Source: Gnetum montanum
Taxonomy: Eukaryota > Plantae > Gnetophyta
Reading direction: 5' to 3'
DNA: 64,000 nucleotides
NCBI GenBank assembly: GCA_015680685.1
Contig: MNCI01000908.1
Location: 225,094-289,093 of the forward strand
This document shows positions 53,408 to 64,000 of this stretch, one piece after another. Numbering within the stretch: position 1 is the first letter of the stretch; each line of letters starts with the position of its first letter. A program made the translations under genes and the position numbers. The notes beneath the pieces are model-generated. The model ran no database searches. It was not told the DNA's origin and was given only the letters and a program-made list of their open reading frames with translations.

Positions 53408-53426
53408 GTCTCTAGCAACAGTGCCA
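53408..53426 (-). promoter_or_regulatory. B2 PBS, tRNA-Asp type (TGGCACTGTTGCTAGAGAC, from TGGCGCCGTTGCCGGGGA)
   Basis: Adjacent to the 5' LTR; canonical Athila PBS with transition decay. Confidence 0.8.
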
Positions 53427-53427
53427 A

Positions 53428-54289
53428 TGATGATCAACAAGGTATCCATATGCCCAACCATACAAATCACCGGTGTTCACGTATGATCTGGTCAAATTCC
53501 ATAAAGTATAGTTACTAAGTATGCTAGAGCTAAATAGTGCATGTGTTTTGTTCATTTTTTATCTTCCCAGTCCCACTTGTGGAATGCAATTGTATGGTTA
53601 AGTGTGACTAAGGCATCAGATTTTTGTTATTTTGTGTTTTAATCAAATTACTCACCTAGAAAAAAGATGAAAGTAAGAGTGATTAATTACTAAGTAAACT
53701 GTGCTCTAGTCTACCTTAACACAAGTAACCGTTCCCACTTCCCAAACACATCCTAAACTTTATGTGAACACTACTGGGTTGTCAAACAGTAATCATTTCT
53801 GAGCTACCAAATGTCACATGTATGTTCGAAGGGGTCATGCTTGTGTATTTTAATGATTTACTTGATTGATCAAAATTAATTTCTATATAAATAATAGTTA
53901 TGTAAATTGCATAAAATATAAATACATAAGAAAGAAAGTCTCAAGTGCTTCAAGGAATGAATTAAAGATTTCATCTTTATTGCCAACGTAATGGTGTGCT
54001 CAGGTACATTAACGCTTGAATAAAGATCCGTTCACACTTAGAGCTCCGACTGCGGGCACTTGGAAAATATTCTAACTTTCAAATGGACAAACTACAAGAA
54101 TTTCATACTTGACTACCAAAAACTTACTCCTAATTGTGTGCATGGGCACTGTATTTATAGACTTGGGAGTAACCCTGCGATATTGAATGTACGATATCAC
54201 ATCTTGGGCCATGATATCATGTACCTAATATCATGTACCCAATATCATGGCCACCATGATATCGAAGCATTGAAAAACATGATTTATCA
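53428..54289 (-). repeat. B2 5' LTR
   Basis: Pairs with 44283-45145. Confidence 0.95.
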
Positions 54290-55400
54290 CCATCTATCCT
54301 TAGGTTAGATTTGGATCTACCAAAATCCTGATTTTAAATCAAATTTTGAATATATATGAGTATTCTTTAATCTTTGGAATAAATCATCCTTACTAGGAAT
54401 GGGGTGTTAGACTAGTTTAAGGACTTCATTAAGAGGTTTATAATTCAAAACTAATCTTTTCTTTACTCTTACTAATTTTTCCCTTTTATTCACATAAAAT
54501 TCTGCACAAGCAAACATACTTATGCTTGGCTAGATTAATCATTTCGTCAATAATTGTGCTATTTATTGATCACATTCCTATTTTAGTTTAGGTGACATTC
54601 CAATATGGTGTGCTTTGGCTTTTATTTTAACATTATCCAAAAGTTCTATATGACACTAATGTTGTTTCTTGTGATGGAAACAAGTTGGATCATCACTAGC
54701 CAAAGCTAATAATTTTTTCTTTATCATTTCTAATGCATCTTCCTTTGTACGTATCTAGTTAATCACCCATGTAGTTTTTCTTTTTTATAGGATTTCCAGT
54801 CAAACCTAATAATTGGCTATTTTAATCTAGCATATTTATGATTTCCTAAATATATGCATTCCTTAGGTATCATTAATGACTCAAATTGATTCATATTATC
54901 AATTCCTAGCACCATATCATATGCTAACCAATCTATAGCATACATGGAAATATTAAATATTGTACCTAATGGAGACCAAATTGGTATCCTTGCTTCTTGC
55001 ATTATATATTTGTCTACCTTATCAAAGGTAACAACTAGTTTTGGCCTATCTTTCCACATGTAAGCAAGAATAATACCTTTTCGTGCCAATGTTGCTTCTA
55101 CTCGTGTATCAATTAAGACATCTACAAGATAAACTTTAAATTATGGTAAACTAATCCATAAAGTACACATCAGTACCTATACTATTTTTTGCATATTTTG
55201 ATTTATTCGAATGGGATCAATCTTTCTAACTTCATTTTCATATAGTTGGTGTTGATCACTGGGTTCTTCAGCCTATAATTCTTCTACTTCTTTTGATGTC
55301 CATTGAATAAATTATTTTAATTGTTATATTCTATTTCTTCTCCATATGGATTGATTTACACCATCAAATATAGGCTTTAAATATTAGATTTTTAAAGATG
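54290..55400 (-). pseudogene. Endogenous caulimovirid aspartic protease and RT N-terminal half
   Basis: DVLIDT(R/G)VEAT..DMVLG; KAHHIGMSP..FAC..FYVNKR..VR.KKRLVLNYKPLN..YSKFDLKSGFW; joins 44282 in frame (KDRW|KTAF). Confidence 0.9.
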
Positions 55401-55439
55401 TTACTCTTCAATTATAGCTTCAAGTAAAAAATCTTTCGA

Positions 55440-56339
55440 TGAAAGCTTCAAATAGTTTCATCTTTCATAATGTTTACAATTACATTGACCATTGTAAATC
55501 TAAATTTTCAAAAATCAACAAAATATTTGGAAGTCCAAAATAAATTAAAGCACGAAACATGTGTTTGAAGCATCCACACCAAAATTATGAGTCCATTTGC
55601 ATGCTATAAGAATTACACGATGGATGACAGGACATGTAGATAATGCTAAATCAAGCATGCATCAAATTCATTCAAAGTTATACAAGTAAAAGTTGCATGC
55701 AAAATATTTTATGCAAAGTAGTAACTCGATAATATAAAAATCATACTTTATGTACTAAAAAAGATTGAGAGCTTGGTAGATAATCATGAATATGAAGAAA
55801 AGTATAGCACAAAGCATTAATTTCAAAATGTTACTCAAAAATATTATTCGACAAAGCTACTACTTTATAGCATGTATAAAAAGACTCTTGTTTATCTCAA
55901 CATTAATTTTAAAATTTAGGTAATTACTTCATTAACCTTGGATTTTGTGAGGATTGTTCCATTTAGGGATTATGTTTAAAGTGATCATGCTCAAGTGCTA
56001 TTGCAAAATAAAATATTTGATTTCTAAATTACATGAAAGTACAAGGCATGTAAAGTAAAGTGCAAGAAAGTAAATTAGGTACAAAGAAGAGAACAAATCT
56101 TGATTTTATTGCCTCCATGCATATTTGTCCAAGTACCTAGTGCACTTGAATAAAATTCTATGCAATTCATTCAATAACTATTGTAGATACTTGAAGGAGA
56201 AAAATTCTAACTTTTATATAATGAAATTGCAAGAGTTTGGCTATGCTACTAATCAAAAGGTATCATAAAAGCAATGGATGCATACATTTATATAGGAGAA
56301 ATACAAGATAGTGTCAACGGATCATAGAATGCATCAACA
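55440..56339 (-). repeat. Old LTR distantly related to the Athila B LTR (left edge approximate)
   Basis: Starts TGTTGATGC on -; TATA CCTATATAAAT; blocks CTTGAATAAA, TTCTAACTTT and GCAAGAGTTT occur in the same order as in 44870-44960. Confidence 0.55.
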
Positions 56340-56619
56340 CGTAAGAATTGACAAGGCTACACCCATTGACATAGCTCATTAACTCAAGTTTCATCATACC
56401 TGCATGACTAACTAAAAACTCATCCTCAAGTAAAGAAAATGGGATCACATTATTTACAAATTTTGATAAATTATGAAAGTACTTATTGAAAAACAAACTT
56501 GACAATATGAGTACCACATTACAACAAAATTATTTGAGTGCTTATAATGAAGCTTAATAAAATTGAACACTTAACAAAAACTAGACTAGGTGCCATGTGC
56601 AAAATTAAGCCAAGGTATA

Positions 56620-58240
56620 TTCTTTAAGTGGTGTTGGGAGGTAGAGGCTCCTTTGGTTTTAGTGGATGCTCCTTCTACCTTGGTTTTGGTGGTGGTCTTA
56701 GTTATCCTACTACTACTACTTCTTCTTCTTCTATCATCTAGAAGGCATCTAACAATGCCTTCATCTTCTCATCCATTCTCTAGGGATCATTGATAGTCTA
56801 GGCATCATAGCCTAGATTTGATAATGTATGCATGTTCCACCAGTCAGTAAAGTAAGAAATATCTTGTTGGTATTGATGAACCAAGTAGCAAATTGCTCTC
56901 ATTCAATGTCAAATGCTGGCACAATGTTTTGTAGCTTTTGTTGGACTACCATTCTCTTCGTCATGTTCTCTATGATTGATCATTAATATTCAAATTAACT
57001 TCTAAGTACCTCAAGCTCCAAACTATCTATTCCTATCTTTTTCTTAGTTTCCTTATGGAGCTTGAACTCTACCTCATACAAGAGGTAGCAGCTAGCTATG
57101 TAGTCAACATCATAAGATTTTTCATATCACAGGTTGGCCAACTTCATATATTCTATCAATTTCTTGATTTGGAGCTCTTTCACAAAAATCTCCACTTGAT
57201 TGTATGTGTTTACTTCATCAAATATGGATTGCCACACATCTCCATGTTGCGAGAGCTGCTGGAGGGTATCATTCATCTTTTCCTTTGCTAGCCTAATTTT
57301 CTTTTTCTTTTCCTTTTTTTGTTAACCTCCTTGAGCATGCTAACCTGGTCCCTGTAGTGATTTTCACTTTTGTGTACTTCAGGGCCTTGTTCTTCCAAGT
57401 GACGATCTCAACTATTGACTTTTGATGAATAACATACACTTTCTCCATTAACAGATTCTTGTTGTCTCCAAGAAACCTCCTAACATTTTGATACACTATA
57501 AAATTTTTTTCCTATTATTGTTTAAGGTATTCCTCCATCTATTAATTTTGTTTCTCTACATTAGTAGAAGTTAATTTTTCTTGGTCAAATTATTTTTATC
57601 ATGATGCTTTTGAATGTGATCATTATTGGTGGTATGTAGCATTGTGCCTAATAATGCTACATCCCAAGATGGTTCTTTTTTTCCTCTTTGATCATGCATT
57701 ATCACTCTTGAAGTTTATGAGAAGATTCATCCCTTCTCATACCTAATTTGAAGATGGCTAGATCTAGCAAGAGGAATTTGAGTTTAACAACTTTAACTTC
57801 CAACCATTAATTAATGATGGTATCCTCTTGAAGTCATGCTTCTTTGACCAAGAGTTTATCCCTTTTTTTCAACGATTTTGATCAAATGGCTACAATACCT
57901 TCTAGAATATAGAATATGTCCAAAATCGGTTACCCGATTCCCACCAATCATTCCAACACTTCCTTATGTTGCATAGTGATTATTGCTTGCTTCCGGTTCA
58001 TGCCACCTAGATTTTACATATATATCATGTTAAATATATGATTAATCATTCAATACTTGGAGATGCAACCTTCAATCATTTGCTAAATCTTCCATTAATC
58101 ATACAGTTATTTGGAGATGTAGTCCTTTACCAATTTAGAATATGAATGTATTGTGTCCTTGGTCAATTCCTTGATAACTATAGTAACCTGTAGTTCAAAG
58201 TAGTTTAATTTTTAGCTACAATAATTTCTAGTTTTAAGTC
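56620..58240 (-). pseudogene. Heavily degraded coiled-coil-rich ORF upstream of the old LTR (probable retrotransposon extra ORF)
   Basis: K/E/Q-rich reading frame with stops (KIRLAKEKMNDTLQQL..ELQIKKLIEYMKL); no domain recognised. Confidence 0.35.
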
Positions 58241-61200
58241 TAGGAAAAAACAAATTGTTAGCAAAATCAAGCTCAATGAAATTCAAGGAGATAAAGTAGA
58301 AATAAAAAACTTCAAATCTTTGAAAGGTTATGGGGTGAAATCCTATCTTTTTGTATAAATATGATGAGGCTTTGTAACCATCCAACAAATTCTTTATGAT
58401 TTTCTAGATGTAATAAAATTTTCCAATTTCTAGTTTCCATAATAATAATAATATTAATATTAAACCCCTATAAATGCAAATTATTTTTTCTTCTTCAAGA
58501 AATTATTTTTTACAACATAAAATTGCATATAACTTCTGCAAACATTGTTAAATTTTTTAAACAAAGTGAAAAGCCCCATCATGTAATTTTTAAATTTTGT
58601 AATGTAGAAGATAGAGAGCATGTTTGGAGATACTTGAAAGCCACTTGAAGCAAAGTGAGAATGGAAAAAGATTTTCGATAAATGAGGATCTTACTTGAAA
58701 CAAACATGCACAAAGGGCTAAACAATGGAAAAAGATTAAGGCAACTCAGGAATAATGTTTTGTAGTATATTTAAATACTAGCAACATGACAGTAATTGCA
58801 AAAAATGTGGTCTAAAAATTATTCAAAAAATGTAGAGGCCTTTTAAAGTATGGGTTTCTTAATATAGATAGTGGAATTGCAAATAAAGTTGTTTTATCAA
58901 ATAGCATTGATGTTTTTTATTTTGGTGAAACCTAGAAAGATGTTGATTTTGTAGATTTTGTAGTTCCTAGGTTTATTAAATTTGCTGTAAGAAACAAAAA
59001 ATAGAGCAAAGAAGCATACCTTCTAGTGACATTACACTATCAAAAAGGTAAACCTTTTGAAAATTGTATGTTTCTAGAAAAAATTGATTGTCATAAACAA
59101 TACATTTGGGTAAAAATCCTATGTCAAAATTGTTAGGCTTTCCTTATCATATACTATTTTGTTCATAAAGATGCTATATTGTATGATTCTATATAGTTTT
59201 CTTATGATCATCCTTTTCAGTTCTTAGGCAAAAATATTGTAGAATTTTCAACAAAAGGCTCAATGTTTATTTGTGAGATTTTAATGTAAAGATAGGTTCA
59301 TAGTAAATAAAAATTATTTAGTGGAAACATAATGTTTAAGATCACAGTTAAACGTGACATTCTACAAATGCTACTATTAATAAGATGAGCCAACAACCAT
59401 TAGAAAGGACAAAAATTTTTTAGCTTTTCATTTATAATGACCTTGCTAAATTTCCTTAATTTTCATCATTTACTTTCGCAAGACCTTGAGGTAACTCTTG
59501 CATTGATTTACTTTTATGTTTTTATTAAGATATTGAAATTATTAAGAAATTCAAACTTGGAGAAGATTTAGTGGAGGTCTACCATCATCATGTAGGGTTT
59601 TTGTTGCAAATTTATATTTTTTATCAAACAAGAAAAAGAAAAAAGAAAAAATATCAATACTAAATTATCCCAGAAATCAAGAAAAAATCATATAGATGCA
59701 ACACATTATAAATAAATTCTTAAAATATAACCTAAGAAGTTTGAATAATTTTTTCTTATAACAACTAATAAAGTTATGCATTCACAATAATAGGATGCTC
59801 AATAGACTTGCTTTGATGAGGATCGTGTGCATGCTAGATAGAATATTGAGAATGAAAACATTTATTTAGGTAGAGGCTAAAGATAAGCTAGAAAATGACT
59901 TGTAATATGGAAGATCAAAATCCTTTTGCAAGAAAGTAGACTTATTTTGTAATTCAAGCTACACCTTTATATCTTTTGTCCTACCATTGCACACCAAAAT
60001 CAAGCAATAAGCATATGTTCTTAATGAAAACTTTGAGTAGGGTGTATATGTTATTGAATGTGACTTCATGTGGGAAGCACACATTTATTATTATGACTCT
60101 GAGTAAGGAATCCTTATTTCTTGTCTATGAATTCAAGTAGGAACCACAAATTTCTATCATGTCTCCAAGAAGGAAGCTCAACTATTTGAACAGAAGAGAA
60201 TGCCCGAAGGTTCTAAAAATAAGGGAATATCCCTAGAGTGATTGTCACATTGAGGCTAAAGTTCCAAATATCCCTACTCATGTTAGTGCTAGGCTACCAC
60301 TAAGCATGGAAATTGGTTTCTCCAAGGTACAAATTAGTCTTACCTTGAATGTAGAGGATCAACTCTAGACTCTTGCATAACTACTAGAGGTAGAGGAAAT
60401 GACTTGTATGTAAAGTAGATTTTGCTTCAAGTAGAAAGGTTGGTATTATTTGCATGAAAAGGGACAAGCCTTTTCTTTCTTAACTTGGGTTGCCTGAGTA
60501 TTCTTGTACCTCAATTGAATGTCTAATTGAGTTCAAAATTCATGCTTTATAGTTGAATACTCTTGTTGCTGGAACTTCTTATTTATAATTTTTGGATGGG
60601 CTTTGAGTGGCTTAAAACCCTTGATATCTAATGTGCTCTCCACATTTAAGGAAGTGTACAAATAAAAACTTAAGCTTTAAGGACATTGCTTCTTTTAAAT
60701 GAGGTGGAGTGGAGGAAAGCATACCTTGTTGATAAATTGAAAGTTGTTTCCCTCTAGAATGAGGGCTAGGGTAGTATGGAAATCCTTATAAGTTCTATGC
60801 TATCTTAACCATCACAAAAAAATTACATGGTCATGATTCCTTTGTGTAGTATGTCATAAGGATATGTAGGCTTCCAAAGGAGCTTTGTCTTTGATGCTTA
60901 GATCACTACTCTTTTCTATGGAGCAAGGCTTAAGGTTAGATGTATTAGAGTATGAATGTTTCTTAACTCTTTTAAGGAAATGATGACTTATTTGTATCAT
61001 GGTGCTCTTATGTATGTTATGTGTATTACATTGGTTCAGTCACTTATATGATTATAAATGTATTCTCATGACACTCCTAACTATTAACTAATGTGTTACA
61101 TGTGAGATGTGTACTTATGATGTGATCCCAGGTTCTTTGGAATGTTGAGGTATAGTCCACTTTGAGTGTGCTTTGGAACATTTGGCTACTTTAATACTTT

Positions 61201-61608
61201 TGGCTAATGTTGAGAAATACTTTCCTAGAGCAATGTTACATAATGTAACTTTGATGGTTCAAAGTAATCTTTTCAATAATACTCTCTAGTTGCTTCTTTA
61301 ATTTTACAAATTTCAACCTATAATCTAATATTACTATATTACAGAAAAGTGGTACTATAAAGTAAATTAAGGAGATAAGGTCTCTTGAGCATCGTTTGGT
61401 TGGTGATCAAAGTCCACCTAATGAAATAGAGAATTTTCATTCAATTCTAAATGTTATAAGGACAAAAAGACATTAATGAAGTACTTTGTATCTTATTATG
61501 CAAAAGCTAATAACATTAAGAGATTTAAGAATTCTCTAGATCATCAACTAATTGATGCTTAGAAGTACTACCATTCAGTAACTTGTAGTGACCTTTGCAT
61601 AACCTAGC

Positions 61609-64000
61609 TGATGGGACGTGATATTGCATGGGCCGCAATATCGCGTATGTGATATCGCGTCTTCCCCTGCAATATCGCGTACGTGATTTCGTAACGTGCC
61701 ACCAAATCTATAAATAATAGGTAGCTCTCCCTTGTTGCACAATCTAGATCTAGACCATAGCCAAACTCTTGCAGTTTTTCCATTTCAAAGTTAGAGTAAT
61801 TTCCATGTGCCCGCAGTAGGAGTCCCAAAGTGAACGGATCTTTATTCGAGCAAACATTGTACATGAGCACAAGTTTGTGTATGGAAATAAAGATGAACTT
61901 TTTGGATAAACCTTGTAGTGCATGGACTAAGCTAGATAGGACTTTAATTATTGTTATTTATTTTTTATCGTTTAAATGCTTTATTAGTTAATTAAATCTC
62001 TCTCAACCCTTCTCTCATAGTTAAGTGCATTCAATACAACCACTTCGAGCACGTGCATTACGCTTGGTAATCCTAGCAACAAATAGCGTTTGGTAATCCC
62101 AGAAGGTTGCATCGACTCAAGGTGTGAACGGCAAGTGAGAACGGATATTGATGCTAGGCATTAGAACCTAGTTAATTAAAGTTAGTTACTTAGTCTCTTC
62201 ACCCTTTCCCTCATTAGCATAGGCAATAAAACATAAAAGACATAAAAATCATATACCTCAAACTCACTTAACCATACAACCGTGAAAAATACAAGTCTCG
62301 GAAGACAACGAACAATTAACCTTAAGTGTTCCATAAGGCGTGTAGGAACTTAGTCTTTGGAGTTCAACTGGATCACGCGTGTAACACTCATATTCGTATG
62401 GTTGAGTGTAAGGGTACCTCGCCACTCATCATTGGCATCATTGCCAGGGACTATGTTGTTTGTGCGCTAAGTAGAATATAAGAAATCATCCACATTGTTG
62501 GGAAGCTTAAATGAACCCTTAGGGTTAATCAGAAGAAAATTTAAATAATGGTTAATAGCATACCAACAAGATAACAATGTCTTCTTCTTCTCATAAAAGC
62601 ACTTCACCACCTAGGGATCACACAAGAGACCGTCGGCAGTCTAACATGCATAACCGAGAACCGCCAGTTTCTCAATAGTATCAAGTGGTATATACTCATC
62701 CCAATGAGTATATACCCAATTTTACTTTTATCCTCCATCAAGATGAACAACTGCGTTGGCATGATTTGCAAGGTAACATAGTGTTACCCCCAGATCGTGC
62801 AGTCCCCAGCATGCTCCTCTGTGCTCTTGCACAGATAGGCATGACATATCTATACATTGAATACATTGCAGAAGATTATGATACAAGGGATTACCATCCC
62901 ACAGCAGTGCAACATTTAAGGGACTCACAGTAGAAGAGCTACCATACATCGTTGAAGGGCAAAGGGGTCCCACACGTCCTAAGAGAAATTGGAGATGGAG
63001 CAGGTTCTCCATCAAATGATGTTCCCCCTCCTAACAATGGTGAGGAGGTGGGGTATCAAAACCTACATTCCATGATTCACAACCCTAGTTCTGACCCCCA
63101 TGAACACCAAGTGTTCATTGAGGAAACAAAAACACATGAAAAGGACAAGCATTCAGATCGTTATCATGATCAGGGCCATAGCCACCGAAGAGAAGGTAAG
63201 AAACATCATCATGGCGATGGTTTCCCTTCTTCTTCCCCTTCATTGGATCATTCACCCTCTCCTTCCACATCAAGATGCAGTCACAAGGAGCACAACGATG
63301 AGGATAAGGGTAAGAAAAATGAGAGACCTCGATGAGAGAGTCGAGAGTGAGGACGAGGGCATTCGAGAGAATCAAAGCATGGAAGAAGGAAAAGTAGGGA
63401 ACCACGTAGGCATCATAGACGTCATGAGAGAGATGATCATGATGAACCCCTACTAGAAACCTAGAGTATGTTAGACATTACAGAGGTAATTAGAATACCT
63501 ACAAGGCACCAGAAATATAGCCGGATCAAGAGACTAGACATGAATAATATCCCACAGTTTGAGGGGGGATATAATGCTGATTCCCAAAATCACTTTCAGG
63601 CATTCCACGATGCCTGCGCCTTGCAAAATATTGAGAATGAGTGGTAGAAGTTAAAGTGGTTTCCTAGGATACTAATAAAATAAGTAGAAAGTTGGTACCG
63701 GTCTTTAGAGCCAAAAACCATTAGGAGGTGGAGTACAATGCTAGAATTGTTTAACGATAAATACCAAACATACTCCAGAGTGTCCAACTTGCGTAAGCAG
63801 ATCCAAGGATGGAAGCAGGGTAATCATGAACCCTTGGATGCTGCCATGGACCAATATTATGCATTGCTACATCATTGCCCGGGCCATGGTTACGTACAAC
63901 AAGATCAACTCTACCACCTCGTAGATGGGCTAAGACATGAAACCAAGAAAATCCTTGGGACATATGCCCAAGGGAGATTATCTGAACTTAGATCCCATGA
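61609..64000 (+). mobile_element. Element B3: Athila-family copy, 5' LTR 61609-62431, PBS and gag start; runs off the window
   Basis: TGATGGG...CATCA LTR; PBS TGGCATCATTGCCAGGGA at 62433-62450; gag 62578 onward is homologous to B2 (IPQFEGGYNADSQNHFQAFHDACALQNIENEW). Confidence 0.9.

Larger units (their letters stand above)
44283..54289 (-). mobile_element. Element B2: full-length degenerate Athila-type Ty3/Gypsy retrotransposon (10.0 kb)
   Basis: LTRs 44283-45145 and 53428-54289 with TG..CA ends; perfect TSD CCATC; tRNA-Asp-type PBS; PPT; gag-PR-RT-RH-INT with no aRH or chromodomain. Confidence 0.95.

Noticed and set aside
55400-61600. Caulimovirid capsid or movement protein upstream of the protease
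   Set aside because: No zinc knuckle or 30K movement-protein motif seen; the region starts with an LTR-like repeat instead.

Overview
Eukaryotic (land-plant) heterochromatin-type DNA with no intact host gene. It is AT-rich and strongly CpG/CHG-depleted, consistent with a large, heavily methylated genome such as a gymnosperm; the host is an inference. The window is a stack of degenerate nested Ty3/Gypsy elements. (A) Tekay-like chromovirus at 2366-10555 (+), containing an internally deleted Athila fragment and two N-gaps. (E) Non-autonomous CRM-like element at 11153-13890 (-). (C) CRM-like element at 13890-39793 (-), split by D. (D) A 20.4-kb Tat/Ogre-group element at 15011-35404 (+), with 2.3-kb LTRs, a perfect ATAGT TSD and a tRNA-Asn PBS. 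An endogenous caulimovirid pol remnant at ~43330-55400 (-) is split inside its RT by a full-length Athila (B2, 44283-54289, CCATC TSD). A further Athila copy starts at 61609. The main discovery is in element D: about 6.2 kb separates gag-protease from RT-RH-aRH-INT. That spacer holds an antisense, TATA-driven, 8-exon gene whose six CDS introns all keep the reading frame. It would encode a ~1000-aa protein with an N-terminal FCP1/NIF-like (HAD) phosphatase domain fused to a retrotransposon extra-ORF-type domain. Motif arrays shared with the element's LTR and 3' UTR flank it. All translations and domain calls were made by eye; no database search was run.
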